Notes under the pieces: generated by a model
What the model was told of the DNA's origin: nothing
Databases searched by the model: none
What the model saw: the letters and a program-made list of their open reading frames with translations, nothing else
Shown here: one piece after another, positions 28,925 through 43,977 of the stretch
How positions within the stretch are numbered: the first letter of the stretch is position 1
How the letters are laid out: the number at the start of each line of letters is the position of its first letter
Made by a program: the position numbers and the translations under genes
Assembly (NCBI RefSeq): GCF_009914755.1
Contig: NC_060928.1
Strand: one strand, 5' to 3'
Length of the DNA stretch: 64,000 nt
Source of the DNA: the human T2T-CHM13v2.0 reference genome, Homo sapiens

Positions 28925-30837
28925 AGGAAGATTTCTTAATTACCCCAAAGTATTCTCATTCTCTGCTTGCTTTGCTTATGTATTACAATTGTTTTAAATT
29001 AAATGGACTCAATTTTGATCTCTAAATGTGTGTATAAGCACAACCAGATTATCTTAAAAGTGGAGACTCACCACCCCCTTCTTCTCTAGTTAAGAATTCA
29101 CAACAAAGCGTGAGCATAGTAATTTTGCAGATTGATGATGATGGAAAGAAATATTTAGAGCAAATGAGCAAAGAAAAGAGACAAATAGAATTTTCTCAGA
29201 AAACTGCAAGAGAAAATTTTGAAATGCAGTTTAATTAGATTGATAACCTAGACTAATGTGGCAGATAATAAGCACTTCCTGAAGCTAAAACTCTGAGATA
29301 TTTTTAAATAAAATTTTAGATTTCAAGCTGGAATAGAAGTTGATTGTCATCTACTGATGAGGAAATGTTTGACTATTTTAAAGGTTTTGAAAGTCTAAGC
29401 TAATAAATAAATTTGCTTTAATGGTTTGTGGCATTCTAAGCATCATTCGTGGATTCTATATCCTTACATCTTTGCAACGCTGTCACTGATAAAAGTAATT
29501 GTTGCCTCTTATTTCTCTCAACTTTTGTAACAGACACAGCTGGGCTAATAGTCTAAGATTCTGAATATTCTGTTCCAATAGTATTTGCCTATGTTGCCAT
29601 AATTAATTTCTACAATTTGTCTAGCATCAGACATTAGATTTCCACCCCTATAGCTTTTTTGTTTCTCAAGTTAAACACCACGTAAATCCCGTAATTTACA
29701 AGCCACAGATTAGTGTTGTCTTTTTCTTATATAGCTTTATCAATTTTTCTTCTACATATTGACATGTGAATGTTTTTCTGAGTCTCTGAGCTACATGTAA
29801 AGTAGGAACAAAGACAAAAAGGAAGACAGCATTTGGCCAAAGGCAGTCAATATAAGTACTAGTGGCTCAGCTCTTTTTTCTTCACTACTGTCTTCTAAAT
29901 TCAACTCTATTTTTATGTCTCTACTGTTTATACATATTTATCAATGAGGTTGTTCTTAATGAGTAATTTTGAATTCTTCCACTATTCATCAAATATGTGG
30001 ATCAGAAAAATCCCAGTGTGCAGAGCATCAGAATTACATTATTTAACATGGGCTTGTGTTTGCACGCTGGGAAGGCTGCAGTGCTCCCTTCCTGTCATGG
30101 TTTCTCCTTTTGACCATCTTAGTTGCTGTAAGACTGGCCATATAGCCTTTGCCTTAAAGTTGTCAGGAGCTCACTAGTATCCAGTGCCCCCAATCCCTAT
30201 ACAATAGATATAAAAGTCTACTATATGCCTTCTAGCCATTAGAAACATCTTTACTAATTTTTTTTATCAAAATGGGAAAAACAACATTAGTTCCCAATTT
30301 TCACAAATATGCTTAACCCATTTTTTTCATGTGCCAAGCCTTAGCATAATATTTCCATGTTAACTTTATGTCATTTAACATAAGGACAGACTTCTTATAC
30401 AGTGTGACTTTTATATATTGTTCTTCTCTTAAAAAAGGGTATTTTCTTCTTTTCTGCTTTATGTCACATCAAAATTAGAATAGATGTTACTCAACTTATT
30501 AACAACACCTCTCTATTCTTTATGATTTTATATTTGGCATAATTAAGTAAACATAAAGTAGATTTGAAATAGATAAAAGTACAAGAAAAAAATCAGCCAA
30601 GAAATGAAAATAACAAAAAATAAAATGCCTAAATTTATTGTTTACCCAATCACTGATATAATGCTAAAACTTTTTAAATGTATTATGTGGTTTATCTTCA
30701 TGCAATGCTGTGAAGTAGGCACAATTATTGCCTTCATTTTGTAGATGAGAAGATCAGTGTTAGGATTTTAATCGAAGCAGTTTGATTCAGGAATCCATTT
30801 TTTAATAACTACACATCATCAGTATAGCAAATAATTT

Positions 30838-31118
30838 TTTAAGTGTGATACATTTGGGTTTATTACACTTTATTAGGCTTTGATAGGTTATCAATGTCCT
30901 ATTCTGGTGGGTATGGTTAATGGGTACAAAATATAGTTAACTAGAATGAATAGGATCCAGTATTTGATAGCAAACAGTTTAAGTGTGATACATTTAGGTT
31001 TATTACACTTTTTTTATTAGGCTTTGATAGGTTATCAATGTCCTATTCTGGTGGGGATGGTTAATGGGTACAAAATGTAGTTAGAATGAATAGGATCTAG
31101 TGTTTGATAGCACAACAG
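30838..31118. repeat. 140 bp tandem duplication
   Basis: 'tttaagtgtgatacattt...tttgatagca' occurs at 30838 and 30978. Confidence 0.92.
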
Positions 31119-31330
31119 GGAGACTAAAGTTAACGATAATTTATTGTACATTTAGAAATATCTAAAAGATATAAGTGGATTGTTTGTAACACAAAGAAAG
31201 GATGAATGTTTGAGCTGATGAATACCCTCATTTACCCTGATGTCATAGTATGCATTGTATGCCTGTATCAAAGTATCTCATATACCCCATAAATATATAC
31301 ACCTACTATGTACCTTAAAAGTTTAAAAAA
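31046..31330 (+). mobile_element. L1MA 3' end fragment
   Basis: 'ggttaatgggtacaaa...gttagaatgaatagg...ccccataaatatatacacctactatgtacc' plus A tail. Confidence 0.8.
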
Positions 31331-32255
31331 TTACAACAGTCTATGGCTTAACCTACTTGGAAAACAAAATGAGAACTGAGTCAGTGAATGGATATTGGGC
31401 ACAGGAGCTTGTGAAATAGGGTGAGAACAATAATACAGGAAGAGGCTATGTAGCATCAGCCAGAATATTGAAATGGAAAAAAGGGATTTGAAACATGAAC
31501 ATCAGTCACTAACTCAATAATTCAAATTGAACAGCTTGTAGAAAACCTCTAAAAATGTGACCAAATTCATAAATTTCATGATGCTGGTATGAGGAGTGTC
31601 TCTTAATAGAAAATAGAGAAGAACTACCTTAACAGCTCTTTGCACCAGCAAGTCATAACCTGTCCTAATAAAATGAGAGCATGTACCTTAGTTTTTAGAG
31701 AGTGTTAAGTAGATATGGGAAGTTTCATTTAGTTTTTATTTTAGAAACTAAGAATATTTGCTCACTTACTGGTAGGTGTTACTTTGAGCGTGGAATGTGT
31801 GTTTTAGAAAGTAGAAGGCACTTTAAGCTACTAATAAAGTTAAGTGACATAAACTTAACAAGAAAATAGTTTGCTAAGGAACAGGCTTGACACATTAAAA
31901 AAATGGGTTCCTAGGATTCATTAATATATAGGAGAGGCTTTTGTGTAATAGAATCGAGATTACCATCTACAGGTAAATTCAATTTAAAGTTTATATTTGT
32001 TAGCTGAAACTTTCCAGGATCCCTGAGGTGACTTAAAATGCAAACCATATTCACCTCTAGGTCTGGAAGGAATATGGTAACTTCTCAGTGTTTCATATTA
32101 GCCCCAAGTAGAATTCTGCTCTGTCATATTCAGAGGTAGTGTCATATACTTCATGAAGAACTGGGCCTGGGAGAAATGGACCCAAATGAACCCACTATAT
32201 CCACAAGCACTAAGCTCAAGGCATATGGGGCTACTTGCAATTTCTATAAAGTGTC

Positions 32256-33995
32256 TAAGATGTAAGGAAGGGATGCAGTTTCAGCTTTCTACATATGGCT
32301 AGCCAGTTTTCCCAGCACCATTTATTATACAGGGAATCCTTTCCCCATTTCTTGCTTTTGTCAGGTTTGTCAAAGATCAGATGGTTGTAGATGTGTGATA
32401 TTATTTCTGGGGGCTGTATTCTGTTACATTGGTCTATATCTCTGTTTTGGTACCAGTACCATGCTGTTTTGGCTACTGTAGGCTTGTAGTATAGTTTGAA
32501 GTCAGGCAGCATGATGCCTCCAGCTTTGTTCTTTTGGCTTAGGATTGTCTTGGCAATGTGGGCTGTTTTTTGGTTCCATATGAACATTCAAGTAGTTTTT
32601 TCCAATTCTGTGAAGAAAGTCATTGGTAGCTTGATGGGGATGGCATTGAATCTGTAAATTACCTTGGGCAGTATGGCCTTTTTCACAATACTGATTCTTC
32701 CTATCCATGAGCATGGAATCTTCTTCCATTTGTTTGTGTCCTCTTTTATTTCGTTGAGCACTGGTTTGTAGTCCTCCTTGAAGAGGTCCTATACATCTTA
32801 TACAAAAATTAATTCAAGATGGATTAAAGACTTAAACATTAGACCTAAAACCATAAAAACCCTAGAAGACAACCTAGGCAATACCATTCAGGACATAGGC
32901 ATGGGCAAGGGCTTCATGACTAAAACACCAAAAGCAATGGCAACAGAAGCCAAAATTGACAAATGGGATCTAATTAAACCAAAGATCTTCTGCACAGCAA
33001 AAGAAACTACCATCAGAGTGAACAGGCAACCTACAGAATGGGAGAAAATTTTTGCAACCTACTCATCTGACAAAGGGCTAATATCCAGAATCTACAAAGA
33101 ACTTAAACAAATTTATAAGAAAAAATCAAACCCATCAAAAAGTGGGCTAAGGATATGAACAGACGCTTCTCAAAAGAAGACATTTATGCAGCCAACAGAC
33201 ACATGAAAAAATGCTCATCAGCACTGACCCTCAGAGAAATGCAAATCAAAACCACAATGAGATACCATCTCACACCAGTTAGAAAGGCGATCATTAAAAT
33301 GTCAGGAAACAACAGGTGCTGGAGAGGATGTGGAGAAATAGGAACACTTTTACACTGTTGGTGGGACTGTAAACTAGTTCAACCATTGTGGAAGACGGTG
33401 TGGCGATTCCTCAGGGATCTAGAACTAGAAATACCATTTGACCCAACCATCCCATTACTGGGCATATACCCAAAGCATTATAAATCATGCTGCTGTAAAG
33501 ACACATGCACACATATGTTTATTGTGGCAGTATTCACAATAGCAAAGACTTGGAACCAACCCAAATGCCAATCAATGATAGACTGGATTAAAAAAATGTG
33601 GCACATATACACCATGGAATACTACGTAGCCATAAAAAGGATGAGTTCATGTCCTTTGTAGGGATATGGGTGAAGCTGGAAACCATCATTCCGAGCAAAC
33701 TATCGCAAGAACAGAAAACCAAACACTACATGTTCTCACTCACAGGTGTGAATTGAACAATGAGAACACTTGGACACAGGGTGGGGAATATCACACACCG
33801 GGGTCTGCCATGGGGTGGAGGGAGTGGGGAGGGATAGCATTAGGAGATATACCTAATGTAAATGACGAGTTAAGGGGTGCAGCACACCAGCATGGCACAT
33901 GTATACATATGTAACAAACCTGCATGTGGTGCACATGTACCCTAGAACTTAAAGTGTAATAAAAATAAATAAATAAATACATAAATAAATAAATA
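32256..33995 (+). mobile_element. 5'-inverted (twin-primed) L1PA: inverted ORF2 32256-32790, sense ORF2 end/3' UTR 32792-33995
   Basis: ORF2 peptides on opposite strands (32255..32587 minus; 32778..33661 plus), (AAAT)n tail, TSD ATAAAGTGTC at 32246-32255 and 33996-34005. Confidence 0.95.
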
Positions 33996-35187
33996 ATAAA
34001 GTGTCACCTTTTTCCTTCCAACATGTCCTGCATTTCCCTGTTCCCGCATTTACCTGGTAGTACTTTCTCTTTTTATTTCTGTCCTTTCTTTTTATTATTT
34101 TGTGAACTCCTTCTTTCATTTAAAATCTTTTAAAATAACTTTCTGAAAGTTATTTTAATCTGCTCAAAACAGATTGTTCTCTGCATGTCTCCTAACAAGT
34201 GGGGAAAATGCAAAAGATTTTAAGCGGTAATAACAGGATACACAAAGAAACAGATGGTGGGAAGACATTGCACTTAAGGAAATAAAAGAAGATCACTGTA
34301 GCTAAAGTATGGAAAGTGAAGAAATGGAATAAAACTAGATGGAATAAAGGGTCAGGGGTCAGGTCACAGAGCTAGAGTAATGAGTTTGAATTTTATTCTT
34401 ACTGCAGTGGAATGCCATTAATGTGCTTAAGCTGGGGCACATCTTAAACAATTACCTTGTTATGGGTTAAATACAATCAGGAGTAGAAATGGTGAAACTC
34501 ATAGTCCAAGTGAGGGCTGATGGCCACAGCAACTAAGCTGTGGATGTAGAGCTAAACAGCTACATCTGATATTTTGCTTTTCTGATGTCATAGATATGGT
34601 ATGAGGATGAGAGTGAAGGAAAAAATTTGATTTAACTTCTAAGTTTTCTGACTTAAGTAACTAAGTGGAAGTGTTACCATTTCTATGGAAGAAACTCGGC
34701 CAGGCAGGAGGTAGATTGAGGAGGACAGGTGTGGAAGAAATTAAATCCTACTTGCATGTTCAGTTTGAGGTTCTTCTAAGATATCCAGGTAGAGATGTTA
34801 GATAGGCAGTTGTAGACATGTGAGCATGAATCTCAGAGGAATGATCTGAATTGGAGATAAAAATGGAGCTGACATCCTGCCTCTAGAGGATCCCTAAAGC
34901 CATAGAAAACAAGTTTACCAAGAAGGAGAATACAGAAGGAGACAGTAACAGACCCAAGAATGTAGGCCTGAAGAACAACAACATTTTATGTTGGGCAGAA
35001 GAGGAGGAATCTGCAAAGGAAAACAAGAAAGAGCAACTAATAGTTTCAGAAGAGAACCAGGAGAGTGGTTTCCTAGAGACCAAGACAGAAATAATTCAGA
35101 TAGTAATGAACGGTGGTAAAATGCTGCTGCCATGATACATAATACAAGGACAGCTAAATATTCATTAGATTTGACAATATGGCAGCA

Positions 35188-35612
35188 TGATGGTTAATTT
35201 TATGTGTTGATGTGGCTAGGCCAAGAGGTGTCTAGATATTTAGTCAAACATTATTCTAGGTGTTTCTGTGAGTATTTTTGGATGAGAATAATTTAAATTG
35301 GTGGACTTAGAGGTAAGCAGATTGCCTTCATAACGTGAATGGGCTCCTTTCATTCAGTTGAAGGCCTGGATAGAACAAAAAGACCAGTTTCCCTCAAGCA
35401 GGAGCAAATTCTCCAGCAGACCACCTTTGGCCTGCATCTGCAACATTGGCTCATCCATCCCAGTTCTATGGCAAACTGCTGTTAAACTGTAAGTATAGCA
35501 TTGGGTCTCCAGCCTGTCAGACCAGCCTGCAGTTGGACTTGCCAGCCTCCATCGTTGTGCGAGCCAATTTCTTATAATAAATCTGTTTCTCTGGAGAACC
35601 CTGACTAATACA
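35188..35612 (+). mobile_element. MLT2 (ERVL) solo LTR
   Basis: 'tgatggttaattttatgtgt' ... 'tctctggagaaccctgactaataca'. Confidence 0.8.
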
Positions 35613-35990
35613 GGAGGTCACTGGGGACTTTTTTGACATGATCAATTTCAGAAGACGATTGGGGTGGAAACAACTATGGTAAAGAAGAGAGATGAGCAAT
35701 GACAAAATGAAGACAACACGTATAGGCAATTCTTTCAAAAAGTTTGTCTAAAAAGAAGAGCAGACAAAGTGAGGTAGAAGTTGCTGAGAATGTGGGATCA
35801 AGTAAATCTTTAGTATGAAAGACACTAAAATGTATTTCTATGATAATAGTAGAGATAAGAGGGAAAGGCTAATTATTCAAGAGAAAAATAAAAGAAAACC
35901 CTGGAGAACGTGGGAATAAGTATAATCTAGACCACAAGTAGAAGGAGGAACAATTGCTCTAGTACACTAGAAAAGAAGAAAAATTTGGAG

Positions 35991-36310
35991 GTGCACTAGT
36001 TTGAATAATATTCTCCAAGAATTAATGTCCAACTGGAACCTAAGAATTTCACTTTATTTGGAAACAGGGTCTTTGCAGACATAATTAGTTAAAATGAGGT
36101 CATACTGGATTAGGGTAGGCTCTAATCCAATGGCTGATGTCCTTAGAAGAGAAACAGAGACACAGAGACGGAGAAACACACAGGCGAATGCTATGTCAAA
36201 ACTGGCATACATTAGAGTAATGCATGTGCAAGCAAGGAATGCCAAGGATTGCTGGTGACCAGAAGCTAGAAAATACACATGGAACAGACTACTTCTCAGA
36301 GACTATGGCC
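35991..36310 (+). mobile_element. MLT1 (C-like) LTR, partial
   Basis: 'tttatttggaaacagggtctttgcaga..taattagttaaaatgaggtcatactggattagggt'. Confidence 0.75.
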
Positions 36311-37219
36311 TGAAGTAAGACACATGGTGAGATCACTGAAGTAGGGGGTTCTGGGAATGGAGATACCATGATATTGGAAGACTTTTCAATGAGTATATTA
36401 AAATCACCAAGAATTATAGGGGTACTGATGAAGAGAGTAATGGTAAGCCATTCTCTTCAAGAATTGATAGTAGTGTCTTGGGACGGGGGTCGGGGGGAGC
36501 GTGAAGATGACTGAAACAAGAGGAGTAGTGAAGGGTGTATATTCACAGCCGGGTGTTTTATAGTGGAGGAGACTAAAATAACCTGGGAGCAGCAATGAGG
36601 TCCTGGAAGATACCTATCTATTTCTAGGCCCTGTGATACAAAGCCATGTGGAAGATAATAACCAGCAACCACCTGAGAGACACGGGAGAAGCAGTGTCCT
36701 CAGTGGGGAGGCAGATCACAGACAGATGAGAAGGTGGAGAGAAGCTGCACAGATCGGATTGAGCATACAGGTGTTCTGTTTATTACATTTCACTGTTTAA
36801 TACACTACACTGTTTATTCCAGATGAAGAGCTGGACAAATGTCAAGCACACACTCCTGGGGGATGAATCCTAGATTTTTAAACGTGGTGTAATAGCTAGA
36901 AGATATTTGGCCTCGAGGTGTGTGAAAATGCAGTAGAGTTCACTCTGGAAATGCCTGACTTCCTGGAACCGTAATTCACCTTCACTGTCTTCTGAATCAT
37001 GGAGGACTTCCAGTGCTACCTTAGGATTTTAAAAAGCATAACAGGAAGTAGGTAGCACAGAAAACCCAGGGTGAAGAAAGTAAAAACCTAAATACTTATA
37101 GAAATGTTGAAATAGGAAACTCAGGTTTTCTAAAGCTTTTTTTTCAGAGATTATTGCTCATTATAGCTATGATCAGCTACTTACGGATTTTGAGGAACTT
37201 AATTGTGAATTAATTACTT

Positions 37220-37570
37220 CCTTCTTTCCTTTCTCTCTCTCTCTTTTTCTCTCTCTCTCTCTTTCTCTCTCCCTCTCTCTTTCTTTGTTTCGGCAGAGTT
37301 TCACTCTGTCGCCCAGGCTGGAGTACAGTGGCACAATCTCAGCTGTCTACAACCTCCCCTCCCAGGTTCAAGCAATTCTTGTGCCTCAGCCACCTGAGTA
37401 GCTGGGACTGCAGGTTCACACCAACATGCCTGGCTAATTTTTCTATTTTTAGTACAGACGGGATTTCACCATGTTTGGCAGGCTGGTCTTGAACTCCTGG
37501 CCTCAAGTGATCCACTTGCCTCGGCCTCCCGAAGTATGGGGATTACAGGTGTGAACCACCACACCTGGCC
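37220..37570 (-). mobile_element. AluJ/S with (CT)n-degenerated tail
   Basis: Antisense Alu preceded by CT-rich tract. Confidence 0.85.
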
Positions 37571-38249
37571 TGTAATAATGAATTTCAAAAAGACTTTTTA
37601 ATACCTATAATATTAAAAAATTAATCTATATGTCGTTTGTCATTGCCAAGCTTAGAATATTATTATAAATTTTGAAATATTTTCATAGGCTTATAAATTA
37701 TCCAACATATTCTTAAAGCTCAAAATACATTTGTGGAATAACAAAGGAATAAACTGTAGGAGGGCCTGTGTTAAATTTAATGAGTATATATTTGAATAAC
37801 AAAGTGCTAAGCTAACTATAAGAGAGTACTTTGGAAAATTTTTATTTTCTTTTTCAATTGAGAATATTCATATGGCATATCTTACTTGGGAAGGTAAATG
37901 TTCTACATTATAACTGTTAATGACCTATTCAAATGGAAAAGCCAATGGGCAGGGCTTTAGACTGTTCTTCACAGATGTTCTGCTAGAAACATCAGCTTCA
38001 GTTCACTCATACAATCCACAACCATGATTTGTTCCATGAATGCTAAAATTGGGTGTCTAATTGTTTCACTGTACACAATGACAAATATGTGTGCCATTTC
38101 TTCGATTAAATGTCTCTGCCTTTAAAGGATGTGTGTTATATATGGGTGGTGTGTGAGAATGCACATAAGTCTTTTCTTTAGGTATCTATGCAGTTAAGAA
38201 GAGATACAGTGCATTGACATTTAGTCAGATGATTCAAGTAGAAATTGTG

Positions 38250-38483
38250 CCAAAACAAGAAGGGGCCACAAGCCAAGGAATATAGGCAGCTGCTAGAACC
38301 CAGTAAAGGCAAGGAAATGAATTATCCACTGGAGCTTCCAGAAGAGAATGCAGCCCTGCTGACACTTTAATTTTAGCCCAATGGGACCTGTATCAGACCT
38401 ACAGAGCTGTAAGATAACATTTGTGTTCTTTTAGCCACTAAGTTTATGGTAATTTGTTATAGCAACAATGGAAAACTAATACA
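38250..38483 (+). mobile_element. MLT1 (D-like) LTR 3' part
   Basis: 'gccaaggaat..aggcag' ... 'gtaatttgttatagcaacaatggaaaactaataca'. Confidence 0.75.
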
Positions 38484-41400
38484 AAGATTCATGGGTAATT
38501 CCATGGTTTGATCCTGAGATGCTAGAAGGAATAAAAATTCTGGACGAGGTGGGCTGGGGGCCAGGCCAGTAAAGTGGAAAAACAGGAGTCCAAATTTGGA
38601 CTTCTTAGGCTATAAATTTCTACCAGTCATCCAACTGGAAATGTCAAGTAAGTAGTTATAAATATGAGTCTGGAATTCAAGAGAACATATGGGGTAGAGA
38701 AATACATTTGGGAGTTTTCAGCCAATAGATGGTATTTAAAGACAGGAGACTGGATAAGATCACCACACTTTCTCACTGCATTTGGAAATGTCTGCCAGGC
38801 TACGATATAAACTTTAAATTGTTTCTCTTCCAATCACCCTGACTCTCGCCATGTATAAGTGACTACAACAGTATAGATTCTTTTCTTTTTCATCTAGTAG
38901 TTTAAGAAGTCTAATAATGTGATCAAAATAAGGGTTGTAAACTTCCATGTAATATGGGAACTAGGTTTCTTAACTATTTTATTAATAGCTTGCCTCTTGG
39001 AAAGAGTAACCTGAACTGGAGTTGACAAGCTAGTTGTTCTTGGTCAGGCAAATCTACTTTCTTCTTGTAAGAAGAAAACACCACATGGAAAAAAAGTAAG
39101 TGAAAACAATAAGAGATGAAAGAAAGTTGAGACTATTATAATGAAATTCAACAAATATCTACTAAGAGTGCAAGACTCTGGGTATATAAAGATTGAGAAA
39201 TGGTCCTTTCCTTCTCTAAAATCAAATTCACAAGGATAGTAGAGGAGAAAGGAATTCATTTTATAGGGGCTTAAGAGGCTAGGGTTAATTTTATGTGGGA
39301 CAACAAGGATAAAAAAATAGAAATATCTTGGATGGGATTTGTGAGCTAGGAGTATAAAAAGTGGAGTGAAGACCACGAAATATGAAAAGCAGAAAGCATA
39401 GATACAATTTGGTTTGGCATGGCATGGCTTGAATAGGATAGTGACACACACAAAAGAAAATCTGAGGGCAGGGTGAGTATAACATTGGAGAAGTCCCCAA
39501 AGAGAGGGAGACAATCACAAGGCAATTATGATAGTTCCAGACAAAGCCTATTGTGAACTAGGCGGAGACAACAGGGACAAAAAAGAGGCAACAGAGGCAC
39601 GAGACATTTTAGAAGTGAAATAAACAGAACAAGGGAGCTGTTTATATATGCAGAGTAAAAGACAAAGAAAAGAATGATAGTGAAAAAGCATGGCTGGTTT
39701 TTGGCAAGGCTGATTTTAATGAGGAACACAGAACATAGGACTAAGAACTAGGTTTCTTGGAAGGGTAGTAATCACTTGGTTTTTAGAAATGCTGAAGTAC
39801 AGTTGTGACGGCAGAGGTAAGATGTTCAGCAGACATGTGGGAATGTGTTTGTGGTTTGGTACAGATGTGAAGGCTTACTCATGGAGATTTGGAATTAACT
39901 TTATAAGAGGTCATGAAAGATGGAGGAGCCAGCCAATGGGACTGAGAATGAGGGGTCAGAGAGTGTTGCCCTGGATATCCTACAAATTCCCATCTGACAT
40001 ATAAATTATGTAATACCAGACTGTACAATAGCAAAGTCTATAATATAAAAATTTACAATAAAATCAATTGTAATAGTATCCTTAAAAATACATTTTTAGG
40101 CACATGAGCTCATTTGATTCACACTAGAAGTCTGTCAGATAATACTTTCATTCAACTTTGTAGATGAGGGAACTACATACTAAAGAAACAAGTCCTACGG
40201 TTCGTGAGTGGAAGGCAGGATTTAAACCCAAGTTGCATGAGACCAAATCCTGAGTTCTTCTCACCAAGGCCATGTAATGCTGGAGAGAATCTGGGAAAAA
40301 TGAAGGCCAGAGTTTTTATACCGACCCACGAGATTGTGTGTGATTTCTCATCTCTTATTTCCTTTTATCTTCTCCTAGTGACCCCATCAAGCATCATATC
40401 CACTTCACTGTCCTTGTTGCTGTTCCTTGCACTTACCAGACATATTGCACTTTAGGGCCTTTGCACTGGATGCTGCTTTTTCCTGGAATGTTCTTCCCCA
40501 GAGATTGTAGAGATAATTTTCTTACTTTCTTCAAGTTTTTCACCCTCTAAATGAGTTCTACCACTACTCTCCCACTCAGTACTGCACTATGCTCTTCTTA
40601 ATCACTTTTTAACATACTTGATATCAAAACCATGCATGGTGGTTATTGTTTGCTGTGTTTCCTCCACTACAATGTACCCTCTATAGGACAGCAGGAATTT
40701 TCGTTATTTTCTCACTACTATATTTTAAGCACCTAGAATGCTGTCTGGCACACAATCAGAGCATAATAAAAGTTTGTTGAATCCATGAATTCTCCAAGTG
40801 AGAAGGAGTAATTAGGAATGACTTTTGAGAGTGCTTCTTCTGTTGTGTTCTTGGGGTAGAATACAGGCTGCAGTGGGCCCCAGAGTGAATGCTGGTAAGG
40901 GTAGGAAAGAGGAGAGGCAGAGAATGTAAGCCAGCCCCTTGAGAAGTTTGGTGGTGAAGAAAGGAGATCAGAAAGTGGGTCAAGAAGCAGAAACAGAGTC
41001 AAGCAAAAGTTTGATTCTTTCTTGTATGATAATGCAGACCTGGGCCTGCTTGAAAATTTAGTAAATCTGTATAAGAAAACACTAAAGATTCAAGTCAGAA
41101 GAACAAATACGAAGGGAAGAAAATCATAGACCTGGCTATATGGCTGAAGAGACTATCCAGATCACTCACATCATTCAAGAACATTTCTAATGGTCATGAA
41201 AACCCAGAGCAAAAGCAGATGGAATCAGAGTGGCTGCTGCTTCTAACAACTGAATCTCCATGTTAGGAATGTTGTGGAAATTAACTAAAGCATTCCACTA
41301 GACGATATGTTGCTATCTCCACACACCATGCAACATCTGAGATGTAAAAATAAGCGTTGCAATGCCCCACTCTACACAAAACCAGAATATTATTTAATAC

Positions 41401-43587
41401 ATTCCATTATTTTGGACAGGTCTTCTGAAAAGGCTATAGAAATGTAACTCATTCCTGTTGCCAATATATACAAATGAAGATGTCCCTAGCATATAGCTGG
41501 ACACATTTCTGGGTAATATGGTAGTTGCAGTAGGTTCATTTGGAAGTGCAAAGTACTTCACTCTTAGACCTTCACATATTAGCTGTCAAAATGCACACTT
41601 CAACTCTCTTCTTTAGGATGATCACACAGACACTTGCTGATCTTGGGATAATTGACTTCCCTTTCATTGGAGTCCCTTATTTTTATGGAATAGACGCGTC
41701 CTGGCTATGGGAGAAAAAATGAACTGAAAGTTGGAATACTAATCTCTCTTCTAATCCCAGTTACATCCAAATTCACAAATGAGATTTTGGAGACATTACC
41801 TTTGGGTCCTAATCCTATTCCTGGAAAAGGAAGAGTGCTAGGCTAGATAATATCTAAAGATCCTTTCCGTTTCAACACTAGCTAGTTCCTGTTCCTGTCA
41901 AACAAGTTAACAGAGACATAAAAAGTCTAAAAACAGAAGGGATACCACAGTCATAGCTCCAAGAAATCTGTTTTTGGCAGCAGAGTTTTTATAGAATGTA
42001 GTAGATGTTATAGTTACAAAGTTTGTGCCATGGGCAGGGCACAGTTCTAGGTACTAATGAATACAAAATAGATTTTCTTTTGTTTGTCCAGGGACAAAAT
42101 GTATATAGTTCAATTACAATTAAAGGGTATATATGAGCCCTTCTTCCCTTGGCATATAAGACCAAGAGCCCCTTCTCCAGGTCCCAGAGAAAGGCTGTCA
42201 TCAAGAGAAGAGGATTAACTTGGTGGCAGCAAGTCTGAGGACAATATCTTGTAGTACATGATGCCACCATAGAAAAAGCAGTTGCCTTAATCTTTGGAGT
42301 CATTTGCCAGGTTGTGCCTATTATGAAAAACCTGTTGCATTATATACATAGTTCATATAACTTTCTGCTTCTATTCTTGTGTTCCACATTCTTTTGGGCA
42401 CATGGGATACTTTTGGGCAGAAGGGACTTTGTGGAAGTCATTTCCTTGGTTTAAAATATTCAAATGGAATCCTTTGAAGTTTGTTGATCATCCATCAAAA
42501 GATACATTTTTAAAAAATAGATATTCTGGAGAAAATAACAATTGCAATCTTTTACCAAACACTTAATGTCTATCCCATGAGGTACTGTGTTTATTGTTTT
42601 TCCAGGATTCTCAATTTTTTTTGCTCAAACAGCTTTATGAAGTATGTACTGTTATCATTTTCATTTTACATATAAAACAAGTGGGCTTAGTCACATTAAG
42701 TAACTCCTCCAAGTCACCATTAGTTGACTTCAGAACCAGGAGGTAAACCAGCAGTCTGATTTTAGTGCTCACAATAACCAGAGTATCATAACTTCTTCAG
42801 AAATTTAGAAATCTTGTCATTTTGTTTCAGGAATAGCAAGCAGACCTACTGGCTCTGTATCTTCCACCATGAGAAGTTTGTTTTTACCTTTAACTACTAG
42901 TGGGAGCGAGTATCTTCTTGTAAGTCTCCAAATATCTCATCTGAAAGAGTTGTTCTTTGTGTAGATTTGTGATTTTAGCACCATTTGTTTATTCAATAGC
43001 AGATTGTGGAAGAGCTTTGTTATTTAGGTTTCAACCATACAGGATAGTAAGATTGGTGATATGTGCATAACACTTGGCTATGAATAATCGTTCTCTTCTG
43101 TGAGAGACTAATTTGGAGTTTTGGGTAGATTAAACAAATGAACAAAAACAACACTACTCAGTCCCAGGTGAATTGTTAACAATCCAGTGGTTGAAAGCTA
43201 ATTGGTCAAATCAACAATTCTCTTGAAACTATGAATTGGCTGAAAAATAGCCTTTCCAAGCAACAGTTTTAATGCAGTAACATTAGTTTGTTGCCACAAA
43301 GCAGATGATCAGCATTTAGACACCTGCCAATTTACCAGGAAAGAAGGCAGTTTAAAAGGTAATTCCAATTTTTAGGTAAACTCTATGATAATTTTGCAGA
43401 AGTTACAGCACCTTGTTTTCTTTTAGAATGTCTATTTCTTATGTTAAATTTATTTTATTAAATTATGCTTTATTTTAGTAGGCAGTATTGTAGTAAATTT
43501 AAAAATTTTGTCTCTGGCTCTACATGAACTATCTCAAAGTATCTGGGCCCAAAGTGAATATTTCTAATATTAGTTTGATGTTTTTAG

Positions 43588-43977
<390 letters not shown>

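Larger units (their letters stand above)
34250..36750 (-). mobile_element. Degenerate L2 interrupted by LTRs
   Basis: Purine-rich L2-like motifs such as 'gtttgaattttattct', 'atatccaggtagagatgttagataggcagttg'. Confidence 0.5.

Noticed and set aside
32255-33982. L1 ORF2-like ORFs as an active element
   Set aside because: 5'-truncated, inverted and frameshifted; cannot retrotranspose autonomously.
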